In this document: piece by piece, positions 25,511 to 38,507 of the stretch | Position numbering within the stretch: position 1 is the stretch's first letter | How the letters are laid out: every line of letters starts with the position of its first letter | Notes under the pieces: model-generated | What the model was told of the DNA's origin: nothing | Databases searched by the model: none | Seen by the model: the letters and a program-made list of their open reading frames with translations, nothing else | Source of the DNA: Felis catus | Lineage: Eukaryota | Direction of reading: 5' to 3' | Assembly (NCBI RefSeq): GCF_018350175.1 | Contig: NC_058368.1 | Span: forward strand, 11,718,001 to 11,782,000 | Length of the DNA stretch: 64,000 bases | Program-made: the position numbers and the translations under genes

Positions 25511-27959
25511 GACAAGGAGGTCTCCTCCTGTTGTCCTCGTGAGGTGGCCTATCCTATGTTAGCAAGCTCTTTCAGTTTCGGAAACCTCGCCCTGGTTACC
25601 AATTGATTTTGATTCCTCCTCAGATTGGCTAGGTCTCTAACACTGAAGGAGATGAAAGATAAATTGATTAAAATGGAACTTACAAGAACACTGTCTGAAG
25701 GTTCTCAGTGATGAGATAGGGGATATAGCTCAAATGTCATTTCAAGATTGGCTACTCACACATTCAATCTGCCGGTCTCTTGGGTATCTCTATCCAGCTA
25801 TGCAACCATACAATTCTGGTTTTTCTGTCTCTGTGATGGTAGTTGGTTGTGGACTGAATAATAGAACACTACAAACATGGCAACCACAACATGGGCGTGT
25901 GTGGATAAGTGAGTGCAATTGTGAACAAATGCCGTGCCTCCCAGATAAAATAAATGCAGCAGGATGGTGGAAGGGGGAGATTATTCCCTATTTTTGGATA
26001 TGCTTAGTTTGAAGAGTGGGTTCTTTTAAAGGACATGCTTCAACTAGTTCTTCCTTACTGAAAACTCCCTGTATCTTCACTGCTAACCTTGCTACTGAAT
26101 GCAGCCAAAAATATCTATTCAATACCACCATTTGGAGGTTTTCCAGGCAAATCAAAAGCTCCATGTTTGAATTCATCATCACTTATTCCCCGCTACAAGG
26201 TCCATTCTTCTTGCAAGTTTTTCTATTTCAATGTAATGATACCACTGTCCAATGAATTCCCCAAGCCCCAAACATAAATGTCTTGACTTTTTCCTTTTGC
26301 TCACTCTCTACACCTAATCTGTCACCTTCTAAATAGCTCTTAATTCTGTTCCCTCTTCTTCGCTACTATGGCCACACACCTTCATCATTTCTTTCCTGAA
26401 TTATTGGAATAGCTTCCTAACTAGACCATCTGCTGCTATTTTTTTCCTCTATAGCCCATTCTCCACAAGGTGAAAAGTTATTTTCTAAAAAGTAAATCTG
26501 ACCAAAAATGTATGGAAGCCTGTACAAGGGACACCTAACTCAGACTTGATGGGTCAGAGGAGCAGCATCTCCATCCAGGTCGCTGAGAAGATTTTATCTC
26601 AAGGAGACCGCTGGAATTAGATGATAGTGGCTGTTGACTGCCCTGACCTTTTAGAGGACTCAAAGCCTTACGCAAAAATATGAGGCTGTGCTACTTAGCA
26701 GAAGCTAGATGGTTAAGGATCTTGTAGTGATTCTAAGTGGGACTTTATCCTGAGGGCAGTGAGATGCACTACATCCAGGAAGTCACTTGATCAGATTTCC
26801 ATTTCCCAAGATCATGTAGCTGCTAAGTCTGAGTCCAATTGCTAACCAAGCCTTGTCTAGCCTATGTTGTTCTGCCTATGATTGATCTCCAGCACACAAA
26901 TATCACCACGGTCATCCTTAATATTCTATAGCCATTTACATTCACTCATGCAATATATAGGAAACCCCTTCTGGCCTAACAGTTGAAAATACAAACATAA
27001 ATGATAGTTATTTTCAAGGAACTCATGGTCTACTAGAAGATATAGACATATAAACAAATAATTAAAAAAAAATACAGGGTAATTAGAGTCAGAATAAAGT
27101 TCTAGAATATGGCTAGAGGACTATCCAAATCTACCTGGGTGTCTTGATGGGCTTCTTAGGAAGGGGCAGCTGAGTTGAGTCTTGAAGAGTGTCTAGAGAT
27201 TTTTCTGGAGGAGAAAGGCACAAAATACTCAAAGTCAAGGAGGCAAGATAGAGAACTTTCCAAATAATTCCATATGGCCAGAGCATACCCTGTATATTGT
27301 ATTAGAAAGATAAGCTGGGCAAGGGTCACAAAGAGCTCTGTAAAACGTAAAAGGATTTCAGGCTATGACTGTAGGGAAGGGAACTGGGGAAATGGCAAAA
27401 TTAGAATTGCTTTGTAGAGCTTTGTGATGGTTTGGTTGTAATGGGGTTAGGACTGGAAAGAAGAGGCTGCTGCATTGATGACAGTAGGAGGTAAAACCAA
27501 ACCCAAGTAGGGGTCTTGGGTAAAGTAGATTGTGTATTTGACTTTCCCCCTGGTGCCTAGCTGCTGACTCACTCATCTCTCCTTTGCACTGGCAGTCAAT
27601 TCATCCCTCTTTTTTCAGCAGCGGGTGGTTAAGCTGTTTGTTGACTAAAACTTGGCCTCCTCATCCCACCCATCCCCTCTACTGCAACCTTTGTGTTTTT
27701 AAAGGAAATGCCTCTTAAATGCTAGCTGTGCCTTCAGCAGCCTGGTGGTGCTCCCAAGTCATAAAAAAGAACTGTAATGTCCCTGCCAAGGCACTGAATG
27801 GTGAAGACATGCCACACCAACTTTGAAAGGTTACAAACACTTGTTCTTTGCCATGTTTATAAAATATGTAAAAAAAAAAAATGATAGCAATATACCAATC
27901 TTAGTTTAAGAGCTTCCTTATAGAACATAAAATTGGTTACCTATAGAGTTTTTAAAACA

Positions 27960-28159
27960 TTTTTTAATGTTTATTTATTTTTGAGAGAGAGAGTGCAAGG
28001 AGGGGAGGTGCAGAGAGAGAGGGAGACATAGAATCCCAAGCAGGCTCCAGGCTATGAGCTGTAAGCACAGAGCCCAACATGGGGCTCAAGCCATTAACTG
28101 TGAGATCATGACCTGAGTCACAGCTGGATGCTTAACCAACTGAGCCACCCAGGCACCCC
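27960..28159 (-). mobile_element. CAN-SINE
   Basis: TSD TACCTATAGA. Confidence 0.9.
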
Positions 28160-28806
28160 TACCTATAGAATTTCATAATAATTTCCACTTATTAAGTGAC
28201 TACAATGTCTCAAGAATTGTATTTGGGGCTTCATGTACAATGTTTTGAATTATCGCAACATCTCTGAAAGGTGGCTGATATTATTATTAGATTTTACAAA
28301 TCATTATATTGAGTATTTGAAAGGTTAGGTAACTTGCCCAAGATTCACAGTGGGGGGTTGGGATCTAACTTAGTTTCATTGGATATCAAAATCCACTCTC
28401 TGTACACAACCTTACAATGCCTTTCTGTGTAGATGTGTACGTACTTACATACTTTAGGTAGGTTTATTCACTATGAGGAGCTAACTCATATTTTTAATTA
28501 GCCTTCTTTATAATTATTTCAGGTTGTCTCTAGACGCTAGACTCATTTCACTAACCATTCTTTAATGAAAAAAATAATATGTTCATTTAAGATATTTATT
28601 GTACTTTATAATATTGTACCAAGCAAAATCTGAAACTAATTGGTACATAAAATACCCAGTGATGTCGTAATCTCCAATTTTGTTTCTATAAAATACTAGC
28701 ATGTGAGGGTATTGACTTACACTGCTGGTAGAGTAAAAATTAGAACAATTTTTCTGGAAAACAGTTTGGCAATATGTACCAAAACTTTAAAATATCTTCA
28801 CTTAAG

Positions 28807-29030
28807 GGGCACCTGGGTGGCTCAGTCGGTTGAGCGTCCGACTTCAGCTCGGGTCACAATCTCACGGTTGGTGAGTTCGAGCCCCGCGTCAGGCTCTGGG
28901 CTGATGGCTCCGAGCCTGGAGCCTGCTTCAGATTCTGTGTCTCCCTCTCTCTCTGCCCCTAACCCACTCACATTCTGTCTCTGTCTCTCTCAAAAATAAA
29001 TAAAAAACACTAAAAAAATTAAAATAAAAT
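28807..29030 (+). mobile_element. CAN-SINE
   Basis: TSD TTCACTTAA. Confidence 0.92.
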
Positions 29031-29299
29031 GTTCACTTAAAAAACAACCCTCATCATTCTAGAATATTCTGTCCAAAGTAGACAGAAGAATATAATAAAC
29101 TGTCATGTGTCCATCACTCAACTTCAGTAACTGTCAACTCAGAGTCAGCCTTGTTTCATATAAATTCCATTTTCCTCCTATCTGTATTATGTTGAATTCT
29201 AGATATTATATCAATTCTTTTTTCTAAAAAAAAAATGTGTGTCACTGTTTTTCACTTACATTTACATTTTAACTTTACATGGGAGCATAATATATATAC

Positions 29300-29848
29300 A
29301 GAAATGTGTTGCTCCATTATTTATAATAGCCAAATTATGGAAGCAGCCCAAGTGTCTATCAATAGAGAATGAATAAAGATGTGAGATACATGCACACTCA
29401 CACACACATCACACACACAAATATATATCTGTGCACACATACAATGGAATATTATTCAGCCATAAAAAAGAATGAAATTCTGCCATTTGCAACACATGGA
29501 TGGATCTAGAGAGTATAATGCTAAGCGAAATAGTCAGAAAAAGACAAATACCATATAATTTCATATGTGGAATTTAAGAAACAAAACAAAGGAACAAAGG
29601 AAAAATTAAGAGACAAACCAAGAAACAGACTCTTAACTAAAGAGAATAAACAGGTGGTTAACAGAAAGGAGGTGAGTGGGAGGATGGATAAAATAGGTGA
29701 AGGAGATTAAGAGTGCACTTATCTTGATGAGCACTGGCTAATGTATACAATTAATGAATCACTGTATCATATACCTAAAACCAGAATAAAATGCATGCTA
29801 ACTATACTCGAAGTAAAAAAAAAAAAAAAAGAAAAGAAAAAAGAAAGA
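29300..29848 (+). mobile_element. Carnivore L1 3' end with A-rich tail
   Basis: AATGGAATATTATTCAGCCATAAAAAAGAATGAAAT...GATGAGCACTG...poly-A. Confidence 0.85.
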
Positions 29849-30111
29849 ATTCTTTCACCAAATTTTTCAAAAATAATGTATTTTTTAGGGAAGTTTTAGG
29901 TTCACACCAAAATTGAGATGTTATGGAGATTTCCCATATACTCCCTGTTCCTACACATGTAGAGCTTCTCTCATTATTACCATTGCCCACCAGAGCGATA
30001 CATTTGTTACAAATGACATGTTATAATTACCCAAAGTCTAGGGTTTACATCAGGGTTCTCACTTGATGTTGTACATACTATAGATATGGAAAAATGCATA
30101 ACAACATACAT

Positions 30112-30562
30112 TGCAGACTATGAGTCTGGAGTTCTCTCTTGTTCAGCAAGAGAAGAGACATAGAATAGAATACAAGAGAGGCTAATATCCAAGAGGAAAC
30201 AAGAGTCCCGAATAGGGGTTTCATCACCGTATTTATTCAGCCCACAAGATATTACCCACATGGTGAACGTGAAGAAAACAAGATCTTATCCAAGTGGTAA
30301 GCGTGGAGAATACAATGAGACAGTAATCATTAACTTGTGTGTGCAAGAAGCAAAGGGTCTGGGACGGAGGCAGGTGGAGTTTGTGATAGCATATTGACAT
30401 CAGGTGGAAAGTAATTTCCTGCAGGCGACATAATAAATTACTCATAATCCCATTACTGTATCTCATTAGGCAACCTCGGGCGCTTTCACCCCATGGTGGT
30501 GGCTTTCTGCCCTAAGCTTTTTTCTAACTCATTTATGTAAGCAGAACCTATTTACCCACACA
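30112..30562 (-). mobile_element. Solo ERV LTR, 451 bp, family unassigned
   Basis: TG...CA termini with 5-bp TSD TACAT (30107-30111 and 30563-30567); minus-strand AATAAA at about 30232; interrupts L1 cleanly. Confidence 0.8.
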
Positions 30563-31213
30563 TACATCCATCCTTATAGTATCATACAGAGTATTTTTGC
30601 TGCCCTAAAAATCCTCTGCACCCCGCCTATTCTTCCTCACTACCCAGTCTCAAACACTGACAACCACTGATCTTTTCACTGTCTCCACAGTTTTACCCTT
30701 TCCAATACATCATATAGTTGGAATCATACAGTATGTGGTCTTTTCAGATTAGCTTCTTTCACTTGCTAATATTCATTCAAGTCTCCTTCATGTCTTTTCA
30801 TGACTTGATAGATGACTTTTTTTAGTGCTGAATAATATTCCTTTGCTGGATGTGCCACAGTTTCTATATCCTTTCACCTACTGAAGAACATTTTGGTTGC
30901 TTTCTGGTTTGGGCAATTATGAATAAAGCTGCTGTAAACATCAGGTTTTCAGGTGGACATAAGTTTTCAACTTTTGGGGGAAAATACCAAGGAGTGTGTT
31001 CACTAGATCATATCGTAAGAATATGGTCAGTTTTGTAAGAAATTGCCAAAATATCTTCCAAAGTGGCTATACCTGTTCCATTTTGCATTCTCCCCAACAA
31101 TGAATGTTTCCTCTCATCCTTGTCAGCATTTGCTCTTGTCAGGGTTCTGGATTTTGGCCACTCTAATAGGTGTGTAGTGATAATCTCATTGTTGTTTTAA
31201 TTTGCATTTCTTT

Positions 31214-31619
31214 GTGTTGGTTCACAAACAGCCCTCAAACATGCAGGGCAAAGAGAGACAGAAGAAAGAGGCAGATCACTTCACATTGGCAGATGGCAGT
31301 TTTAATAAACAAGGGAAACTTATTTACAAGGCTTGTCTTGGGTGTCTGAAGGAACAGGAGATCTCCACACCCACTGCCAATCTTAAATGTTTATATAGAG
31401 GCCTCAACGGGTTTCAGTCATACATACTGTTTAGATAGTTCCAGCCCCACACACCACATTACTATCTCAAAGCTGTGTCCTTGGGGCAGCTTCTAGCATG
31501 GGAAAGTTAAGGAAAATGCACATTCCAAGGACAAGGAAGGGGGTGAGGAGGCTCTGATTGTACAGGTCCAGCCTAAGGGTCAATAGGCAGTCACATCTTC
31601 TTAATGATCTTCTCAAATA
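31214..31619. mobile_element. Probable solo ERV LTR inserted in L1
   Basis: About 400 bp of non-L1 sequence starting TG, splitting the L1 motif TTTGCATTTC|CCTGATGAC. Confidence 0.6.
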
Positions 31620-31729
31620 CCCTGATGACATATGACGTGGAACGTTTATTCATATGCTTATTTGCCATCTGTATATCTTCTGTGGTGGGGTGTCTGTAAA
31701 AGTCTTTGGCCCATTTTCAAAAACATAAT

Positions 31730-31934
31730 TTTTTTTAATGTTTATTTATTTTTGAGAGACAGAGACAGAGCATGAGCAGGGGAGGGGCAGAGAAAGAGGG
31801 AGACAGAATTCAAAGCAGGCTCCAGGCTATGAGCTGTCAGCACAGAGCCTGATGCGGGGCTCAAACCCATGAACTGCAAGATCATGACTGAGTTGAAGCT
31901 GGTCACCTAACTGACTGAGCCACTCAGGTGGCCC
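31730..31934 (-). mobile_element. CAN-SINE
   Basis: Body and tail; TSD CCCATTTT. Confidence 0.9.
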
Positions 31935-31940
31935 TCACCC

Positions 31941-34900
31941 ATTTTTTAATTTTTTAATTTTTTAATTTTTTTATCAATATATGAAATTTATTGTCAAATT
32001 GGTTTCCATACAACACCCAGTGCTCATCGCAAAAGGTGCCCTCCTCAGTACCCATCACCCACCCTCCCCTCCCTCCCACCCCCCATCAACCCTCAGTTTG
32101 TTCTCAGTTTTTAAGAGTCTCTTATGCTTTGGCTCTCTCCCACTCTAACATTTTTTTGTTTGTTTGTTTCCTTCCCCTCCTCCATGGGTTTCTGTTAAAT
32201 TTCTCAGGATCCACATAAGAGTGAAACCATATGGTATCTGTCTTTCTCTGTATGGCTTATTTCACTTAGCATCACACTCTCCAGTTCCATCCACGTTGCT
32301 ACAAAGGGCCATAATTCATTCTTTCTCATTGCCATATAGTACTCCATTGTGTATATAAACCACAATGTCTTTATCCATTCATCAGTTGATGGACATTTAG
32401 GCTCTTTCCATAATTTGGCTATTGTTGAGAGTGCTGCTATAAACATTGGGGTACAAGTGCCCCTATGCATCAGTACTCCTGTATCCCTTGGGTAAATTCC
32501 TAGCAGTGCTATTGCTGGGTCATAGGGTAGGTCTATTTTTAATTTTCTGAGGAACCTCCACACTGTTTTCCAGAGCGGCTGTACCAATTTGCATTCCCAC
32601 CAGCAGTGCAAGAGGGTTCCCGTTTCTCCACATCCTCTCCAGCATCTATAGTCTCCTGATTTGTTCATTTTGGCCACTCTGACTGACATGAGGTGATATC
32701 TGAGTGTGGTTTTGATTTGTATTTCCCTGATGAGGAGCGACGTTGAGCATCTTTTCATGTGCCTGTTGGCCATCCGGATGTCTTCTTTAGAGAAGTGTCT
32801 ATTCATGTTTTCTGCCCATTTCTTCACTGGGTTATTTGTTTTTCAGGTGTGGAGTTCGGTGAGCTCTTTATGGATTTTGGATACTAGCCCTTTGTCCGAT
32901 ATGTCATTTGCAAATATCTTTTCCCATTCCATTGTTTGCCTTTTAGTTTTGTTGGTTGTTTCCTTTGCTGTGCAGAAGCTTTTTATCTCATAAGGTCCCA
33001 GTAATTCACTTTTGCTTTTAATTCCCTTGCCTTTGGGGATGTGTCGAGTAAGAGATTGCTACGGCTGAGGTTGGAGAGGTCTTTTCCTGCTTTCTCCTCT
33101 AGGGTTTTGATGGTTTCCTGTCTCACATTTAGGTCCTTTATCCATTTGGAGTTTATTTTTGTGAATGGTGTGAGAAAGTGGTCTAGTTTCAACCTTCTGC
33201 ATGTTGCTGTCCAGTTCTCCCAGCACCATTTGTTAAAGAGACTGTCTTTTTTCCATTGGATGTTCTTTCCTGCTTTGTCAAAGATTAGTTGGCCATACGT
33301 TTGTGGGTCCAGTTCTGGGGTTTCTATTCTATTCCGTTGGTCTATGTGTCTGTTTTTGTGCCAATACCATGCTGTCTTGATGATTACAGCTTTATAGTAG
33401 AGGCTAAAGTCTGGGACTGTGATGCCTCCTGCTTTGGTCTTCTTCTTCAAAATTCCTTTGGCTATTCGGGGCCTTTTGTGGTTCCACATGAATTTTAGGA
33501 TTGCTTGTTCTAGTTTCAAGAATGCTGGTGCAATTTTGATTGGGATTGCATTGAATGTGTAGATAGCTTTGGGTAGTATTGACATTTTGACAATATTTAT
33601 TCTTCCAGTCCATGAGCAGGGAATGTCTTTCCATTTCTTTATATCTTCTTCAATTACCTTCATAAGCTTTCTAGTTTTCAGCATACAGATCTTTTACATC
33701 TTTGGTTAGATTTATTCCTAGGTATTTTATGCTTCTTAGTGCAATTGTGAATGGGATCAGTTTCTTTATTTGTCTTTCTGTAGCTTCATTGTTAGTGTAT
33801 AAGAATGCAACTGATTTCTGTACCTTGATTTTGTATCCTGCAACTTTGCTAAATTCATGTATCAGTTCTAGCAGACTTTTGGTGGAGTCTATCAGATTTT
33901 CCATGTATAGTATCATGTCATCTGCAAAAAGTGAAAGCTTGACTTCATCTTTGCCAATTTTGATGCCTTTGATTTCCTTTTGTTGTCTGATTGCTGATGC
34001 TAGAACTTCCAACACTATGTTAAACAACAGCGGTGAGAGTGGGCATCCCTGTCGTGTTCCTGATCTCAGGGAAAAAGCTCTCAGTTTTTCCCCATTGAGG
34101 ATGATGTTAGCTGTGGGCTTTTCATAAATGGCTTTTATGATGTTTAAGTATGTTCCTTCTATCCCGACTTTCTCAAGGTTTTTATTAAGAAAGGGTGCTG
34201 AATTTTGTCAAAGGCCTTTTCTGCATCGATTGACAGGATCATGTGGTTCTTATCTTTTCTTTTATTAAGGTGATGTGTCACGTTGATTGATTTGCAAATA
34301 TTGAACCAGCCCTGCATCCCAAGAATGAATCCCACTTGATCATGGTGAATAATTTTTTTTATATGCTGTTGAATTCGATTTGCTAGTATCTTATTGAGAA
34401 TTTTTGCATCCATATTCATCAGGGATATAGGCCTGTAGTTCTCTTTTTTTACTGGGTTTCTGTCTGGTTTAGGAATCAAAGTAATACTGGCTTCATAGAA
34501 TGAGTCTGGAAGTTTTCCTTCCCTTTCTATTTCTTGGAATAGCTTGAGAAGGATAGGTATTATCTCTGCTTTAAACGTCTGGTAGAACTCCCCTGGGAAG
34601 CCATCTGGTCCTGGACTCTTATTTGTTGGGAGATTTTTGATAACCGATTCAATTTCTTCGCTGGTTATGGGTCTGTTCAAGCTTTCTATTTCCTCCTGAT
34701 TGAGTTTTGGAAGTGTGTGGGTGTTTAGGAATTTGTCCATTTCTTCCAGGTTGTCCAATTTGTTGGCATATAATTTTTCATAGTATTCCCTGATAATTGT
34801 TTGTATCTCTGAGGGATTGGTTGTAATAATTCCATTTTCATTCATGATTTTATCTATTTGGGTCATCTCCCTTTTCTTTTTGAGAAGCCTGGCTAGCGGT

Positions 34901-35125
34901 TTGTCAATTTTGTTTATTTTTTCAAAAAACCAACTCTTGGTTTCGTTGATCTGCTCTACAGTTTTTTTAGATTCTATATTGTTTATTTCTGCTCTGATCT
35001 TTATTATTTCTCTTCTTCTGCTGGGTTTAGGCTGCCTTTGCTGTTCTGCTTCTATTTCCTTTAGGTGTGCTGTTATATTTTGTATTTGGGATTTTTCTTG
35101 TTTCTTGAGATAGGCCTGGATTGCA
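31941..35125 (-). mobile_element. Young felid LINE-1, 5'-truncated (about 3.2 kb), ORF2 disrupted by frameshifts
   Basis: ORF pieces 34159-35124 ([17 protein letters not shown]), 33671-34027 (LFADDMI, RT catalytic motif), 32983-33684 and 32204-32827 ([13 protein letters not shown]); 3' UTR and (AAAAAATT)n-type tail at 31941-31972. Confidence 0.97.
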
Positions 35126-35705
35126 TTGTGGTTTTGATTAGAATTTCCCTGATGATTAGGGATGTTGAACATTTTTCATGTACTTGTTGGTCATCTGCAT
35201 GTCTTCTTTGGAAAAATATCTATTCAGTTCCTTTACCCATTTTTTAACAATTATTTTAAGTTTATTTATTTATTCTGAGACAGACAGAGACAGAGAGAGT
35301 GCACAGGAGGGGTAGAGAGAGAGGGGGAGAGAGAGAATCCCAAGCAGGCTCCCTACTGTCAGTACGGAGTCTGATGCGGGGCTTGAACTCACAAACTGCA
35401 GGGCTTGAACCCACAAATCCTGAGATCATGACCTGAGTTGAAACCAAGAGTCTGAAGCTTAACCAACTGAGCCACCCAAGAGCCCCTAGTCTGCCCATTT
35501 TTAAAATCAGATTGTTTATTTGTTTGCTACTGGGTTGTATGAGTTCTTTTAGATACTCCTTACCAGAGACATGATTTGCAAGTATTTTTTCCCATTTAGC
35601 AGGTTGCCTTTCCGTTTTGTTGATGGTTTCCCTTGCCGTGAAGAAGTTTTCTTGTATATCAAGTCCCACTTATTTTTGCTTTTGTTGCCTTTGCTTTTGG
35701 TGTCA
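35126..35705 (-). mobile_element. Older L1 ORF2 fragment with SINE insertion (about 35250-35486)
   Basis: Diverged parallel of 32705-33040 of the young L1 (TGTGGTTTTGATT...TTCCCTGATG...). Confidence 0.8.
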
Positions 35706-35853
35706 ACCTTTGGAATTTATTTAGGAACCCAGGACATGTTTCTCTGTATTTCTTGTAAATTGGTACTTGCATCTAAAGGCTTGATCAGATTCAGGTAAGA
35801 TTTTTATGGCAAAGTTACTGCATTGGTGCTGCTATGTTCTTCCACCAGAGCAC

Positions 35854-35986
35854 CTAACATTCTATTGCTCCTCTAAAGTTCTATTGTTCCTCTAACGTTC
35901 TATTGTTCCTCTAACGTTCTATTGTTCTTCTAACATTCTGTTGTTCCTCTAACGCTCTATTGTTCCTCTAACGTTCTATTGTTCCT
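35854..35986. repeat. Minisatellite, 7 x 19 bp, consensus CTAACGTTCTATTGTTCCT
   Basis: Seven exactly phased units starting at 35854, 35873, 35892, 35911, 35930, 35949 and 35968, each with 0-2 substitutions. Confidence 0.97.
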
Positions 35987-36452
35987 GTGTGATGTTAGCA
36001 GATATTTGTGGTCAGTGTCTGCATCTGTTATTTTCATTCACATTTACAAAATGATGATATTCTAATTCTATCATTTCTTCTTTATTTATTAGCTAGACTA
36101 CTTCTGTTCAAAGAAACTATGTGATTATCCACTGGCACAGTGTGTATAGACAGGCAGGATAAATGATGGATTCTTTCCCTTTATTTGCCAGGTTTCAAAA
36201 TAATGAGTTGGTTTGTTAGCAACCTCAAAGGGTGACTATGTGTTTTTACTTTAAAAATATATCATGAGTTCATGGATTTAAACATATCTTGTGTTACAAT
36301 TAATTACTGAACTGTTAAACAATAACAGTTAAATAAATTATGATATATCGACATAATAGATTAGTAGTCACTAAAAATAATGACATAAGTATATATTTAT
36401 TCACTAATAATTAACTAATTCATGATATTTTATTTTAAAACTATTTTTTCAA

Positions 36453-36667
36453 ATTTTTTTTTTTTTACATTTATTTACTTTTGAGAGACAGAGAAACAGA
36501 ACACAAGTGAGGGAGGGGCAGAGAGCAAATGAGACACAGAATCCAAAGCAGGCTCTAGGCTCTGAGCTGTCAGCACAGAGCCTGACGTGGGGCTTGAACT
36601 CACAAACCACGAGATCATGAACTGAGCCAAAGTTGATGTTTAACCAACTGAGCCACCCAGGCGCCCC
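36453..36667 (-). mobile_element. CAN-SINE
   Basis: Body and poly-T tail. Confidence 0.92.
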
Positions 36668-37329
36668 ATGTAGTGGCTTGATTGTTTTTAAAGTTAAATA
36701 CATACTCATGGTGCCAAAGGTAAAAAATTTCTCTTCTACCATTGTTCTTAAGCTACCCAGTTCTCTTCCTAGGAGAACACTGAGTTTGTGTATCCTTATA
36801 TATATATTTTCAGAAGGTTTAGAGCTGATAGTTCATCTGTTATGCATTGATATGACAGAATTCCTTGTTAAAATAATGAAAGTCTTCTATAAGTTTGTTA
36901 CATAGTTGCTTCTCTGACTTCCTGAGTACTCTCCTTTCTCCTTGGGTATTCTACCCCCTTTCCAGCACTCCCCAGACCTTCCCCATATCCATTGTCTAAA
37001 GGGTGAATGAATTCCTGGCACACTAGGGAGCATTCAGCATCCTGCTCAAGCTACAGCCAATATCCATTCTCATTTGTCCTTGCTTAGCCTGTAAAGTTGC
37101 AAATGTTTTAAATATTATCCCTGGATATTTCTATGCAAGCAAATACATCTTACATTTTTAAGAAGATAAAGCAGATTATAAAACATTATAAATGTATATT
37201 TAATGTATATTATTACACTTATATTACAAAACATATAAACATGACATTTTTATAAAATGTAAATGTAAATATATGAATAAAATATATTCTGGACTGACAT
37301 ACAATAAAGCATTAAAAGTAATTTTCTAT

Positions 37330-37539
37330 GGGGGCTCCTGGGTGGCTTAGTCAGTTAAGTGTCTGAGTTAAGCTCAGGTCATGATCTCACAGTTTGTGAG
37401 TTCCAGCCCCACGTCAAACTCTGTGCAGACAGCTCAGAGCCTGGTGCCTGCTTCGGATGCTGTGTCTCCTTCTCTCTCTGCCCTCCCCTGATCGTGCTCT
37501 GTCTCTATCAAAAATAAACAAACACTATTAAAAAAAAAA
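37330..37539 (+). mobile_element. CAN-SINE
   Basis: TSD AAAAGTAATTTT. Confidence 0.92.
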
Positions 37540-37723
37540 GTAATTTTTTATAGTGACATGATTGTAATTGATTTTTTTCCTTTTTAATATTAACTGCACT
37601 TACAGATTTCTCTACAATAAACTCATTATTTATTAACATGTCAAAAAATAGAATATGCTTTAGCTGGTTTTATCTCAGCAAACTAAAAAAATTTTTTTTA
37701 GAAGTAACATCAACATTTTTCAA

Positions 37724-37742
37724 CAGCTCCATCTGCTGGCCA
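37724..37742 (-). promoter_or_regulatory. Candidate CTCF site
   Basis: Minus strand TGGCCAGCAGATGGAGCTG, close to the CTCF core CCASYAGRKGGCRS (one core mismatch), in non-repeat sequence. Confidence 0.55.
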
Positions 37743-38283
37743 CTAAATAAAGTTAATTTTCAAATATTAACTGTATTTATTTTTACTACAGCCAGGAGAA
37801 GAAATAGAATTCCTGTGTTAAAACAAAGGATGCTTCCTACATATCTTTGAAGAGTGAGTATTAGGAATCAAGTTAATTTACCTGCGATGAAAAGTGATAC
37901 GGACTTGGGTAGCTACAGAGCAGGCTATTACCCCAAACGCAACCCAGACCTGTTTGCCTAGAACAGAGACAGGACACTGAAAATCTGGTCTGGTGTTTTT
38001 GGCTCTCTTCCACTGGAATGCTGATTTTGATGGTTGTACAAAATAAAAACATCGATTAGAGATTGAAAATGTATATGTATGAAATATGTGATATTGCCCA
38101 AGTATTCAGAGGGGCAGTCTAAACTCTCCAACGTCATTCTCATTACTCTTCAAGTGAAATTGCTCTTGGTTCTGTATCTCTTTATTATTTCCTGAAATTG
38201 AATTGATGATAAATATTTTCCTAAATACAAATCTCTCTTTAGATGGTAATGGGAGGTTTGATTGTATAAAAATCTCTTAGTTA

Positions 38284-38507
38284 GGGGCGCCTGGGTGTCT
38301 CAGTCGGTTGAGCAACTTACTTCAGCTCAGGTCATGATCTCACTGTTTGTGGGTTCGAGCCCTGCGTCGGGCTCTGTACTGACAGCTCAGAGCCTGGAGC
38401 CTGCTTTGGATTCAGTGTCTCCCTCTCTCTCTCATTCCTCCCCTGCTCGTTCTCTGTCTCTCTCTGTCTCTCAAAAATAAACAAATGTTAAAAAAAAATT
38501 TAAAAAA
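38284..38507 (+). mobile_element. CAN-SINE
   Basis: TSD CTCTTAGTTA. Confidence 0.92.

Larger units (their letters stand above)
29870..31720 (-). mobile_element. Old L1MA/MB 3' region interrupted by two LTRs
   Basis: TTTTAGGTTCACA..., CAACCACTGATCTTTT, TTCCAAAGTGGCT, GCTTATTTGCCATCTG motifs. Confidence 0.8.

Noticed and set aside
32204..35172. Active reverse transcriptase gene
   Set aside because: 5'-truncated L1 lacking promoter, ORF1 and most of the endonuclease, with at least three frameshifts; the first residues of the 337-aa ORF come from the neighbouring old L1
35854..35986. CRISPR-like array
   Set aside because: Contiguous tandem units without unique spacers; mammalian context
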